A stretch of 64,000 nt of DNA from an uncultured Solirubrobacterales bacterium (GTDB taxonomy: Bacteria; Actinomycetota; Thermoleophilia; Solirubrobacterales; 70-9), in contig CAVZIP010000002.1 of the NCBI GenBank assembly GCA_963775475.1, positions 25,609 through 89,608 of the forward strand, written 5' to 3'. The position numbers and the translations under genes are program-made. Under the pieces are notes generated by a model that worked only from the letters and a program-made list of their open reading frames with translations, had not been told where the DNA came from and did no database searches. Shown one piece after another: positions 45,533-54,998 of the stretch. Within the stretch, counting starts at the first letter, position 1. Each line of letters opens with the position of its first letter.

Positions 45533-46210
45533 ATGAACCGACTTGGAAGGCTGATGACGATGCTGAATCCCGAGAAGACGCGGATGCCCTCGCCGGATGA
45601 GGCCCTGCCCGGTCGCAGCGAGCCCGTTTTCGAGGTCCCCGACACCCATGCAGTGCTCGGTACCCCGATCAAGCCGCCGTTCCCCGCGGGGACCGAGGTC
45701 GCCCACTTCGCGCTCGGCTGCTTCTGGGGGGCGGAGCGGCTGTTCTGGGATCTCGACGGCGTCTACACGACCGCGGTCGGCTACCAGAACGGGACCACGC
45801 CGAACCCGACCTATGACGAGGTCTGCTCGGGGCGAACCGGCCACGCCGAGGCGGTGCTGGTCGCCTTCGACCCGGAGCAGATCTCCTACGCCGACCTGCT
45901 CAAGGTCTTCTTCGAGGAGCACGATCCGACCCAGGGAATGCGCCAGGGCAACGACGTCGGCACCCAGTACCGCTCCGGTATCTACTTCGCCGACGACGCC
46001 CAGAAGGCGACGGCGGAGATGGCGCGGGACGCCTACGACGCCTCGCTGCGGGCCGCCGGGCACGAGCCGATCACGACCGAGGTCGAGCCGGCCGGGCCCT
46101 TCTACTACGCCGAGGAGCACCACCAGCAGTACCTGCACAAGGTGCCGAACGGCTACTGCGGCCTGGCCGGGACCGGGGTCTCCTGCCGCATTCCGGCCCC
46201 GGCCTCCTGA
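45533..46210 (+). CDS. msrA: peptide-methionine (S)-S-oxide reductase
   Basis: [11 protein letters not shown] active-site motif, ...[12 protein letters not shown]...[13 protein letters not shown]... Confidence 0.95.
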   Translation: MNRLGRLMTMLNPEKTRMPSPDEALPGRSEPVFEVPDTHAVLGTPIKPPFPAGTEVAHFALGCFWGAERLFWDLDGVYTTAVGYQNGTTPNPTYDEVCSGRTGHAEAVLVAFDPEQISYADLLKVFFEEHDPTQGMRQGNDVGTQYRSGIYFADDAQKATAEMARDAYDASLRAAGHEPITTEVEPAGPFYYAEEHHQQYLHKVPNGYCGLAGTGVSCRIPAPAS

Positions 46211-46254
46211 CCGCGCGGATGCACCACCGGCGCGGCGAATAGCATCACGCGCCC

Positions 46255-48433
46255 GTGGCACCCTCCTTCGGCTCCTACATAGCCGGCTGCCTCGCCCTGA
46301 TCGGCATCGTTGCGGCACTCGGCCTCGGCGGCTACTGGCTGCGGCGCTGGATCGTGCCCGAATTCTCCGGCGCGCTGGCGCGGCTCGCCGACGCCACGAT
46401 CGCGGTCGCACTGCTGATCGTCTCGCTGCAGATCCTCGGCGCGCTCAGCCTTCTTTACTTCGGCTGGATCGTCGTCTTCTGCGTCGGCGTCGGCCTCGGG
46501 GCGGCCTGGCTCGGTCGCTCCAAGGCGCCGGGCGAGCGGCGCGAAGTGGCGGCGCCGCGGGTGGAGACGATCGCTCTCCTGATCGCGATCGGCGTCGCCT
46601 CCTTCACCGTCGCCGAGTGGACCTTCCCGACCCAGTCGAGCCTCGACTTCGGCATGTTCGGCGGCGACACCACCTGGTACCACATGCCCTTCTCGGCGGC
46701 GATCGCCCAGGACCACTCGACCGTGCCGCTGCACTTCACCGATCCGCTGCGGTTGGCGGCCTGGTTCTACCCGGCCAGCACCGAGCTGGTCAACGGCGCC
46801 ACGATCGTCCTCTTCAAGAGCGACTGGCTGGCGCCGCTGCAGAACCTGATCTGGCTGCCGATCGCGCTGCTTGCCGCCTGGTGCGTCGGCCGCCCCTACA
46901 AGGTCGGGCCGGCGACGCTGGTCGCCGCCGCGATCGTCCTCGACTCCGGGGTGATGATCGAAACGCAGCCCGGCGAGGCCCGCAACGACATCATGGGGCT
47001 GGCCTTCCTGCTCGCCTTCGTCGCCTTCCTGATCAACGGCCACCAGCGGCGGGCGCCGGCGAGCGGCGCGGTGCAGGACGCGCCCGAGCGCGACGCGCCG
47101 CTGCTCGACAAGGGCCCGCTGGTGATGGCCGGGATCGCGGCCGGGCTCGCCGCCTCGGTGAAGACCACCTTCCTCGTTCCCGTGGTCGCGATCACGGTCG
47201 GGGTCGTCCTCTTCAGCGGCAGGGGGCGGCGCTGGACCACCGCCTGGGTGATGGCGGTTCCGATGCTGGTGGTCGGCGGCTACTGGTACCTGCGGGCGGC
47301 GATCAAGACCGGCGGCAACCCGATCCCGATCACCAAGTTCGGGCCGCTCAACCTGCCGACCCCGGACCAGATGCCGCTCGACCCGCGGCCGCGCTTCGCT
47401 GTCGCCGACTACCTGACCGAACCGACGATGTACCGCAGCTGGTTCTTCCCCGAGCTCGACAACGCGCTGGGGCCGCTCTGGCCGCTGATCCTGATCATCG
47501 CCGTCTCCGCCGCCGTCTACATCGCCTGGCGCTCGCGCAACAAGATCCTCCGCGTGGTCGCGGTCGCGGCGCTGGCGACCGCGGTCGTCTACATCTTCAC
47601 GCCGCTGACCGCCGCCGGGCAGGAGGGCTCGCCGACCGGGTTCTTCACCAACACCCGCTACCTGGTCACCGGGCCTGGTGCTGGCGATGGTGCTGTTACC
47701 GATCGCGCGGCCGCTGCGGGCGCCGGACCGGCGCGCCTGGCAGACCCTGCTCTTCTTAACCGGGGTCTACGGGATCACGGTGCTGTCGACGCCGCGCTGG
47801 TTCACGACCTACATCTTCGGGACGATCTTTCTCACCCTGGTGCTGGTCTGGGCGCCGGCCGGGTTTGGTCTCGGGCGCGCTCGCGGCCAGGTCAGCCGCG
47901 CCGTCGTCGCCGGGGCGGCAGTGGTCCTGGTGCTGATGGCGGTGGTCCTGGGGCGGGCGCAGCAGGTCCAGTACGCCGACCAGCACTACGCCAACCCGTT
48001 GCCGTTCCTCGGCGAAGGAGGTCCGCGCAAGGCCTACGACTTCGCCCGCAACCAGCGCGACCAGCGGATCGGCATCGTCGGCTCGAGCGAGATCATCTTC
48101 GGCCAGTACGGCTTCTACGGCGGCGACCTCTCCAACGAGGTCGAGTTCATCGGCCAGGAGGGGCCGAACGGCACCTACCGCCTGGCGACCAGCTGCCGCC
48201 AGTTCCGTCGCCTGATCGACGAAGGCGAATACGACTACGTGATCATGAGCCAGTACACCCAGGATCTCGGCCCCTACAACGCGGGCATCCCCAACCCGTA
48301 CCAATTCCCCGTTTACGCCTGGGTCAAAGACGACCCGGCGCTGAAGCTGGTGATCGAAGAGCCGGCGATCGTGCCCCAGCCCGATTACGTCTTCAAGGTC
48401 AACGGCAAGCTCGACCCGGCTGGCTGCAAGTAG
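46255..48433 (+). pseudogene. large polytopic membrane protein with extracytoplasmic C-terminal domain (GT-C/ArnT-like glycosyltransferase candidate), +1 frameshift near 47671-47677
   Basis: There are about 470 in-frame codons up to ...GFFTNTRYLVTG. The sequence then continues in the 47678 frame as LVLAMVLLPIARPL...YADQHYANPLPFLGEGGPRKAYDF...VNGKLDPAGCK. Length 2179 nt. The family call is an inference from topology. Confidence 0.65.
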
Positions 48434-48449
48434 CCCGCCCGCCGACCTA

Positions 48450-49253
48450 CTAGGCGGGTGCGAGGGCGTGCTCGCGGATCAGCTCGGCCGAGCGCTCGGG
48501 CTGCTCCCACCAGAACATGTGACCGACCTCCTCGAGGGTCTCGAGGCGGGCGCCGGGGATCAGCGAGGCGATCAGCGGGCCGTTCGGGTAGCCGAGCACG
48601 CGGTCGACCGTTCCGTGGATGACCAGGGTCGGGACGGCGAGGCCCGGGAGGCGCGCGTTGGTGTCATGGGCGGTTATCGCCTGCAGCTGGAAGCCGATCG
48701 TCTGGCGCGAGGCCGGCAGCGCTTCGGCCATCGCGATGAACTCCGCGTAGCCGCTCTCGTCCACGCGGAAGCCGGGGGAGAGGTTGAGGTCCCACATCGC
48801 CCGGTGCACCCGCCGGGGATCGCCGGAGGACATCGCCTCGACCAGGCCCTGGAAGTCGGCGGGGTCCATCAGCTGCGAGCCGGGGCCGCCGCAGTAGCTG
48901 CAGCCGATGGTCAGCGAGCGCAGGCGCCCGGGATGGGCGAGCGCCAGCTCCTGGGCGATCATGCCGCCCATCGAGATGCCGAGGACGTGGGCCCTCTCGA
49001 TCTCCAGCGCCTCCAGCAGGGCCGCGGTGTCGGCCGCCATCTCGGCGATCGAGAACGCCTCGGTGGTGGGACTCGACAGCCCCATGCCGCGGTTGTCGAA
49101 GGCGATCACGTCGAAGCTCTGCTCGAGCAGCGAGGAGAAGGGCCGCCCCCAGGCCAGGTGGTTGGCGGTCATCCCCTGGATCAGCAGCAGCGGCTCGCCC
49201 TCGCCGGCGCGCTCGTAGTTCAGCTCGGTTCCGGGCAGGGAGACTTTCGGCAC
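48450..49253 (-). CDS. alpha/beta hydrolase
   Basis: GTG at 49253 (VPKVSLPGTELNYERAGEGEPLLLIQG). Nucleophile elbow GISMGG. Confidence 0.85.
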   Translation of the reverse strand: MPKVSLPGTELNYERAGEGEPLLLIQGMTANHLAWGRPFSSLLEQSFDVIAFDNRGMGLSSPTTEAFSIAEMAADTAALLEALEIERAHVLGISMGGMIAQELALAHPGRLRSLTIGCSYCGGPGSQLMDPADFQGLVEAMSSGDPRRVHRAMWDLNLSPGFRVDESGYAEFIAMAEALPASRQTIGFQLQAITAHDTNARLPGLAVPTLVIHGTVDRVLGYPNGPLIASLIPGARLETLEEVGHMFWWEQPERSAELIREHALAPA

Positions 49254-49318
49254 GCGGCGATGGTATGCGAAGGGGGCCCCGTGGGGCCCCCTTCGGCCGG
49301 GCCGACTGCTGCCGAGCG

Positions 49319-49939
49319 TTAGACGCCCGGGGCGAAGACGGTGAAGGCCAGTGCGTTCGACGGCAGCGGGATCCACGCTTCTTCTTCTTCGAAGAGCTCG
49401 AAGGTGCGTACCTCGAGCTGACCCGCCTCGCAGACGAAGACGACTCCGTCGGCCAGCGGTTCGACGAATCTGGCTTTGCCTCCCCCCGAGCCGGCCCAGT
49501 CGATCGAAGCGATGGGATGTTCGATGTTCGTTCCCGGCGTAGGCGTCAGGCAGTAGACGCCGTTGGCTCCAGGCTTCTCGACCGCCGCAAAGCCGGGATG
49601 GCTGCCGACGAAGGTGGGATTTTCTTCTTCGACTCCGATCGTGGCGTAGGCGCCGCCGTTGGTCAGGCCTTGTGGTCCCTGGGCGCCCTGCGGACCTGCC
49701 GGCCCCGCATTCCCCGTGGCCCCTTTCAGGGTCGCGATCGCGCTCGCGGTGAGCTTGCCGGCGTCGATCGTTCCTTTCTTGATCTTCTTGCCGGTGATCG
49801 CGTTGTTCTTGATCTGCTTGGTGCCGACGCTGTTCTTCGGCAGCTGGGTTGCGGCGTAGGCGCCGCCGCCCAGGAGCATGAACAAACAGAGGGTCGAGAT
49901 CACGTTCGCGTACGTCAGCTTGCTGCGTAGAGCTCGCAT
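49319..49939 (-). CDS. secreted protein with short collagen-like G-X-Y run
   Basis: Signal peptide MRALRSKLTYANVISTLCLFMLLGGGAYAA. Lys-rich repeats (SVGTKQIKNNAITGKKIKKGTIDAGKL). Then GATGNAGPAGPQGAQGPQG. Confidence 0.7.
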   Translation of the reverse strand: MRALRSKLTYANVISTLCLFMLLGGGAYAATQLPKNSVGTKQIKNNAITGKKIKKGTIDAGKLTASAIATLKGATGNAGPAGPQGAQGPQGLTNGGAYATIGVEEENPTFVGSHPGFAAVEKPGANGVYCLTPTPGTNIEHPIASIDWAGSGGGKARFVEPLADGVVFVCEAGQLEVRTFELFEEEEAWIPLPSNALAFTVFAPGV

Positions 49940-50012
49940 TGGTCCTCCCAGTAGGTCTTTCTCTCCCTTGACCGGCGGCAAAACCGCCGGTACGGCGTCA
50001 AACTAACACCGA

Positions 50013-50085
50013 GCCCCCGTAGCTCAGTGGACAGAGCACCGGCCTTCTAAGCCGATGGTCGCTGGTTCGAATCCAGCCGGGGGCG
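50013..50085 (+). tRNA. tRNA-Arg (anticodon TCT)
   Basis: Acceptor GCCCCCG/CGGGGGC, D arm GCTC-AGTGGACA-GAGC, anticodon loop CTTCTAA, T arm GCTGG-TTCGAAT-CCAGC. Confidence 0.9.
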
Positions 50086-50087
50086 TT

Positions 50088-50906
50088 TCAAAAGCCCGGC
50101 GGGTGGCGGACGACGTAGTCGGCGGTCGGGCGGGCCTGGAGGTGCCAGCGCGGGCCGGTGCCGCTTTCGGTGCCGGAGGTGTCGAAGCGCAGGCCGGCGA
50201 TCTCGGCGAAGGTGTGGCTGGCGTTGGCGTAGACGGTGATCCACTTGCCGGGGCCGGGGGCACCCCAGCCCTCGAGCTCACCGGAGGTGAGCGGGCGCGG
50301 GATCATGCCGCCGCCGAAGAGGGCGAAGCTGACCGAGCCGGAGCAGTCGTAGCCGTGGGAGTAGAAGGAGCCGTGGCCGCCGCCCCAGATATAGGGGCGG
50401 CCGATGATCATGTTGGCGTTGTTGACCACGTCCTTGACGGCCTGCGGGGCGTCCGGCGGCGGCAGGGCGATGCCGGTGAGCAGGATCGAGGTGGATTCGC
50501 CGCCTCCCGCGCGCATGTTGGCGAAGATCTTTTCCCGCTCGGCGCTGCTGTGGCGGGGGATCTCGGTGCCGTTGGAGCCGGCGGAGGCGGGTGGCAGGGT
50601 GGAGGGGTCGCCGGGGACGATTGGGCCGGGCGGGTCGTGGTTGGCTGCGGCGGCCGCCTGTTTCTCGGCTTCGGCCTCGACCCGCTCGCTCGCTTCCATC
50701 AGCGCCAGGCCCCGGCCGAGCGAGCCGAGGGCCTCGTCGGCGTTCGTGCTCGAGACGATCGCGCCCAGAACCGTCTCGCCGAGCGCGCTCAGGGTCGCGT
50801 CATCCTGCTGGCTCCGGGGATCCCCGGCCGCGCTCGCGGAGGTGCAGGGCAGCAGCACCAGGAGGGCGAGGAAGCAGCCAATTGCAGCTTTGCGAAGAGT
50901 TTCCAT
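50088..50906 (-). CDS. NlpC/P60 family (C40) cell-wall peptidase, secreted
   Basis: Signal peptide, then C-terminal PYIWGGGH...GYDCSGSVSFAL with the catalytic Cys context. Confidence 0.9.
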   Translation of the reverse strand: METLRKAAIGCFLALLVLLPCTSASAAGDPRSQQDDATLSALGETVLGAIVSSTNADEALGSLGRGLALMEASERVEAEAEKQAAAAANHDPPGPIVPGDPSTLPPASAGSNGTEIPRHSSAEREKIFANMRAGGGESTSILLTGIALPPPDAPQAVKDVVNNANMIIGRPYIWGGGHGSFYSHGYDCSGSVSFALFGGGMIPRPLTSGELEGWGAPGPGKWITVYANASHTFAEIAGLRFDTSGTESGTGPRWHLQARPTADYVVRHPPGF

Positions 50907-50932
50907 TTCGAAAACGAGGAAGGGACACGATA

Positions 50933-51733
50933 ATGGCCGACATGAACGGAGTTCGCCTCACTCACATCGGCGGGCCGACGGTCCTGATCGAGGTCGGCGG
51001 CCGGCGCCTGCTGACCGACCCGACCTTCGATTCGCCCGGCCGCAAATACAACTTCGGCTGGGGCACGAGCTCGCGCAAGCTGGCCGGGCCGGCGATCGCG
51101 GCCGCGGATCTGGAGCCGATCGACGCGGTCCTGCTCTCCCACGACCACCACGACGACAACCTCGACGACGCCGGGCGGGCGCTGCTGCCGTCGGCGGGGA
51201 CGGTCGTCACCACCGTGCCCGGCGCCAAGCGGCTCGGCGGCAACGCCCGCGGGCTGGCGGCGTGGGAGACGACGCGGCTGGAGGCGCCGGGCCGGGCCCC
51301 GATCGAGATCACCGCGACGCCGTGCCGGCACGGGCCGCCGTTCAGCCACCCGATCGTCGGCGAGGTCGTCGGCTTCGCCCTGAGCTGGGAGGGCCAGGAG
51401 GGCGGTGTGCTCTGGATCTCCGGCGACACCGTGCTCTACGACGGCGTCCGCGAGGTCGCCCACCGGCTCGACGTCGACACGGCGCTGATCCACCTCGGCG
51501 GCGTCCGCTTCCCGGTCTCGGGCCCGCTGCGCTACACGATGAACGCGGCCGAGGCGGTCGAGCTCTGCGGGGAGATCCAGCCGCGGACGGTGATCCCGAT
51601 CCATTACGAGGGCTGGAAGCACTTCCGCCAGGGGCGCGAGGCGATCGAGCACGAATTCGAGGGCGCTCCGCCGGCGTTCCGGCGCAGCGTCCGCTGGCTG
51701 CCGATCGGCGACTCGGTCGACCTCGGCACATAG
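50933..51733 (+). CDS. MBL-fold metallo-hydrolase
   Basis: MADMNGVRLTHIGGPTVLIEVGGRRLLTDPTF... with metal motif LLSHDHHDDN. Confidence 0.85.
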   Translation: MADMNGVRLTHIGGPTVLIEVGGRRLLTDPTFDSPGRKYNFGWGTSSRKLAGPAIAAADLEPIDAVLLSHDHHDDNLDDAGRALLPSAGTVVTTVPGAKRLGGNARGLAAWETTRLEAPGRAPIEITATPCRHGPPFSHPIVGEVVGFALSWEGQEGGVLWISGDTVLYDGVREVAHRLDVDTALIHLGGVRFPVSGPLRYTMNAAEAVELCGEIQPRTVIPIHYEGWKHFRQGREAIEHEFEGAPPAFRRSVRWLPIGDSVDLGT

Positions 51734-51783
51734 GGCGGTGGTCCTTCCTCCCGCTATCCGGAGGAAAGGACGACCGCACCCGC

Positions 51784-53520
51784 TCAGGTGCTCTGGTAAA
51801 GCGGCCCGTCGCCGCCCTCGGGCGGAGTCAGGCGGCCGCCCTTGGCGGTGATCGCGCCGCACTGGACGCAGTTGGTGTAGTTGACGATCACCTCGACGTC
51901 GCCGCTCTCCGGCGCGTCCTCGGGGATCTCGTAGACGCCGGCGGGGCACATCCAGACCCAGGTCTCGGCGATCTCCCGCGGCACCGTCTTCCGCACGCGG
52001 ATGTGGTTCGGGGCGTCGTCGCGGGTGACGTTGCCGCTGATGAAGACGCTGGAGAGCTTGTCGAAGGTGTACTTGCCGTCGGGCTGCGGATAGCCGTCCT
52101 TGGTCTTGCCGACGAACATCGGCTGGGCGTCGTTGCGGTGGATCTTCCAGCGCCCGCCGGGGAAGCGGCCCTTGGTCGCGATCATCAGGTTGACCAGCGG
52201 CCCGCCTTTGATCAGCCCCTTCTGGAACGGCTGCCGGGTGTTGCGCTGTTCGTAGAGCTCCTTGCCGATGAAGGAGTCCTCGATCGCCTGCTCGTAGGCG
52301 CTGAAGTCGTTGCTTCCCTCTTTGAGGCTGGCGTAGATCGACTCGGCGGCGAGCATCCCGGCTTTGATCGCGTAGTTGACGCCCTTCAGCGCCGCCAGGT
52401 TGATCATCCCGGCGGCGTCGCCGGCGATCACGGCCCCCGGTGCGGATAGCTTCGGCATTGCCCAGTAGCCGCCGGCGGGCAGGGTCTTGGCGCCCCAGCC
52501 GACCCGCTCGCCGCCGTCGAGGATGTCGCGGACCAGGGGGTGGGTCTTGAGCTGCTGCAGCAGGTCGTGGGCGGAGGTGGTGGCGTCGGCGTAGTCGAGG
52601 TCGAGGATCCAGCCGATCGAGACCAGGTCCTCGCCGGTCTTCTCGTCCACCATCGGGTAGATCCAGGAGCCGCCGATCTGGTGGTACCTGGCGCGGATCT
52701 TCAGCGGCCAGCCGGCGAGGGTGTGGATGACGCGGTCGAGCGGCTTCTTCACCTTCCAGACCTCTTTGACGCCGAGCTCCCAGACCTGCGGCTCGCGCCC
52801 CTCGTCGAGCTCGAGCTCGCGCACGGCGGCTTCGGTCAGGTGGCCCCAGCAGCCCTCGGCGAGGACCGTGGCCTTGGCGGCGATGTCGGTGCCGGGCTCG
52901 AAGTTGCCGAGCAGCTCGCCGTCCCTGCCGCGGCCCTTGTCGCCGGAGCGGATGCCGAGGACGGCGCCGTCCTCGACGATCAGCTGCGTGGCCGAGGTCT
53001 CGGTCAGCAGGTAGGCGCCGGCCTCCTCGGCCTGGGCCTGCAGGTAGCGGCAGAGGGCGGAGACCGAGACGACCTCGTTGCCCTGGTTGTGCTGCGGCGG
53101 TGGCGGCGGGATGCGCAGCTTGCGCTTGCCGTTGGGGAGGACGTAGACAGCCTCCTTCTTCACCTCGCCGAAGCCGAAGCCCTCCTGGCGCCACTGCTCG
53201 CGGCTGAGGTCGGGGAAGAGCTCTTCGAGCGCGCCGGGGCGCATCACGGCGCCGGAGAGGTTGTGGCCGCCGCAGGTCTTCGCCTTCTCGATCACCGCGA
53301 CCGGGACCTCGCCGAGCTTCTCCATCGTCTCCGGGTCCTCGGCCAGCAGCTGCAGCAGGCGGTTGGCGCAGGCGAGACCGGCGGTGCCGCCGCCGACGAT
53401 CGCGACGCCGATCTCGATGCGGTCGTCCTCGCCGTCGAGCGAGCGCTTGACGAACTCCTGCTCGACGTCGACGGGGGGCGGGAGGTCCGCCGGGGAGACC
53501 TTGCCGCTGCTGGAAGCCAT
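51784..53520 (-). CDS. electron transfer flavoprotein-ubiquinone oxidoreductase
   Basis: VAIVGGGTAGLACA FAD motif, C-terminal CPAGVYE...NCVQCG iron-sulfur region. ATG at 53520 is preferred; the track ORF extends to 53556 across a palindrome. Confidence 0.9.
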   Translation of the reverse strand: MASSSGKVSPADLPPPVDVEQEFVKRSLDGEDDRIEIGVAIVGGGTAGLACANRLLQLLAEDPETMEKLGEVPVAVIEKAKTCGGHNLSGAVMRPGALEELFPDLSREQWRQEGFGFGEVKKEAVYVLPNGKRKLRIPPPPPQHNQGNEVVSVSALCRYLQAQAEEAGAYLLTETSATQLIVEDGAVLGIRSGDKGRGRDGELLGNFEPGTDIAAKATVLAEGCWGHLTEAAVRELELDEGREPQVWELGVKEVWKVKKPLDRVIHTLAGWPLKIRARYHQIGGSWIYPMVDEKTGEDLVSIGWILDLDYADATTSAHDLLQQLKTHPLVRDILDGGERVGWGAKTLPAGGYWAMPKLSAPGAVIAGDAAGMINLAALKGVNYAIKAGMLAAESIYASLKEGSNDFSAYEQAIEDSFIGKELYEQRNTRQPFQKGLIKGGPLVNLMIATKGRFPGGRWKIHRNDAQPMFVGKTKDGYPQPDGKYTFDKLSSVFISGNVTRDDAPNHIRVRKTVPREIAETWVWMCPAGVYEIPEDAPESGDVEVIVNYTNCVQCGAITAKGGRLTPPEGGDGPLYQST

Positions 53521-53537
53521 GTGACAGCCTTTCGTGT

Positions 53538-53559
53538 CGATTGACTCGTCAGTCAATCG
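53538..53559. promoter_or_regulatory. 22-bp inverted repeat upstream of the ETF-QO gene (candidate operator)
   Basis: CGATTGACT-CGTC-AGTCAATCG has perfect 9-bp arms. It lies 18-39 nt upstream of ATG 53520. Confidence 0.35.
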
Positions 53560-53628
53560 TACCGAGAGGCCGGGCCAGCCCCGCGTTGCGCGGTTCGAAA
53601 TCCACGTATATGGCGGGAAAGGAACCCC

Positions 53629-54627
53629 TCAGCAGATGTGGATGCCGGCGGCGCTCTTGACGACCTCGAAGGCGCTGCCCGGGATCCGCTTCAGCTGGTT
53701 CAGGTTCTCGTCGTCCCAGCGGCGGTCGCTGCTGCCGCTGAAGAACCAGTTGGAGCCGTTGTCGGCGACGATCAGGCCGTAGCGCTTCATCGCCTCGGCG
53801 ATCGTGCGCGCGTGGCCGCCGAAGCGGCCGAGTCCGTAGTCGGCCTCGAGCCGCAGCCGCAGGCCCATCGGCGGGGCGGCGGGGTTGGCGGTGTCGCCGG
53901 CGCAGTGGGAGGCGGGGTGGATCCAGGCGTCGCGGGTGCTCTCGAAGGTGACGCGGATCGCATGCTCGAGGCGGCCGGCGGCGACTTCGTCGTAGCGGAC
54001 CAGGCCGGGGTAGATCGGCAGCCCGGCGGCATCGGCGGAGGTCCAGCCGTCGGGGCGCAGCGCGGTCGATTCGAGGTCCCAGGCGACGCCGGAATCGGCG
54101 TTCCAGTGCGGGCGTGGGCGCGGCACGTAGAAGGCGCGGTAGAGCTCGTGGAGCGTGCAGCTCGACCTGTCGACGGCGAGCACGTGGCGGTCGCCGTCGC
54201 TGCCCTTGCCGCCCTCGACCGGTGCGCCGGGCGGGATCGGGAAGGGCCCGCGGTCGCTCTCGTCGCCGTAGGCGGTGTAGTTGACGGGCAGGCGGCGCTG
54301 GCCCGGGCCGACCACGGCGAAGGGGAAGCCGTAGGGGCGGGGTGAGCCGAAGTCGGGGTGGAGGTGGTCGCCGCCCTGGGAGTCGATGTAGGAGATGTAG
54401 GCGGCCGAGCGCGGGTCGCGCGGCGCCTTGGTGATGTCCTGGTTCCAGGCCGCCTGGTTGGGGAGGGACGGAGCGCTGGGCGAGAGCGAGGCCGGCGGGT
54501 CGGGGAAGACCTGGCAGGAGCCGAGGTCGGGGTAGGGGCCGAGAGCTCCGGCGCGGCTGGCCAGGACGGCGAACACCATGGCTATCGCGATCGCGATGGA
54601 GCCGATGGCGAAGCGCTTCCAGGTCAT
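53629..54627 (-). CDS. secreted hypothetical protein
   Basis: 332 aa. N-terminal anchor/signal FAIGSIAIAIAMVFAVLA. Strong GC3 bias. No domain recognised. Confidence 0.75.
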   Translation of the reverse strand: MTWKRFAIGSIAIAIAMVFAVLASRAGALGPYPDLGSCQVFPDPPASLSPSAPSLPNQAAWNQDITKAPRDPRSAAYISYIDSQGGDHLHPDFGSPRPYGFPFAVVGPGQRRLPVNYTAYGDESDRGPFPIPPGAPVEGGKGSDGDRHVLAVDRSSCTLHELYRAFYVPRPRPHWNADSGVAWDLESTALRPDGWTSADAAGLPIYPGLVRYDEVAAGRLEHAIRVTFESTRDAWIHPASHCAGDTANPAAPPMGLRLRLEADYGLGRFGGHARTIAEAMKRYGLIVADNGSNWFFSGSSDRRWDDENLNQLKRIPGSAFEVVKSAAGIHIC

Positions 54628-54634
54628 GCGCTGG

Positions 54635-54973
54635 TCAGGACTCGGCGGGCGGAGTGGCGCGATCGGCGCTGGGGATCGTCTCGCGCACGGTCAGGCGACC
54701 GACCTCGAGCTCCTCGATCTCGACCCGGCCGAACTTGGCGCGCTTGACTGCCAGGCGGCCGACGGCGAGGCGGCCGATCGCGAAGCCGCCGATCGCGGCG
54801 GCGCCGACGGCGAGGGCCCCGACCGCCATCGCGCCGCGCGCCTGGGCACCGGTTGCGGTTGCGGGGGCCGCCTCCGGTCGCAGCTTCGCGATCTGGCGTC
54901 GCCTGGCCATCGTCAGGAGCCCTTCCTGACCGAAGTCGCGGGCCAGCATGGTGTCGCGGGAGTGACCCTTCAT
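54635..54973 (-). CDS. hypothetical protein with Gly/Ala-rich hydrophobic repeat
   Basis: 112 aa, GAMAVGALAVGAAAIGGFAIGRLAVGRLAV then KRAKFGRVEIEELEVGRLTV. It lies 7 nt upstream of the secreted-protein gene. Confidence 0.5.
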   Translation of the reverse strand: MKGHSRDTMLARDFGQEGLLTMARRRQIAKLRPEAAPATATGAQARGAMAVGALAVGAAAIGGFAIGRLAVGRLAVKRAKFGRVEIEELEVGRLTVRETIPSADRATPPAES

Positions 54974-54998
54974 GGCCTGAGGCTAGCCTGACGGTCCG

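Noticed and set aside
50907-50932. Possible c-di-AMP (ydaO-type) riboswitch upstream of the NlpC/P60 gene, as is common in Actinobacteria.
   Set aside because: The intergenic space to the divergent MBL gene is only 26 nt, too short for the riboswitch.
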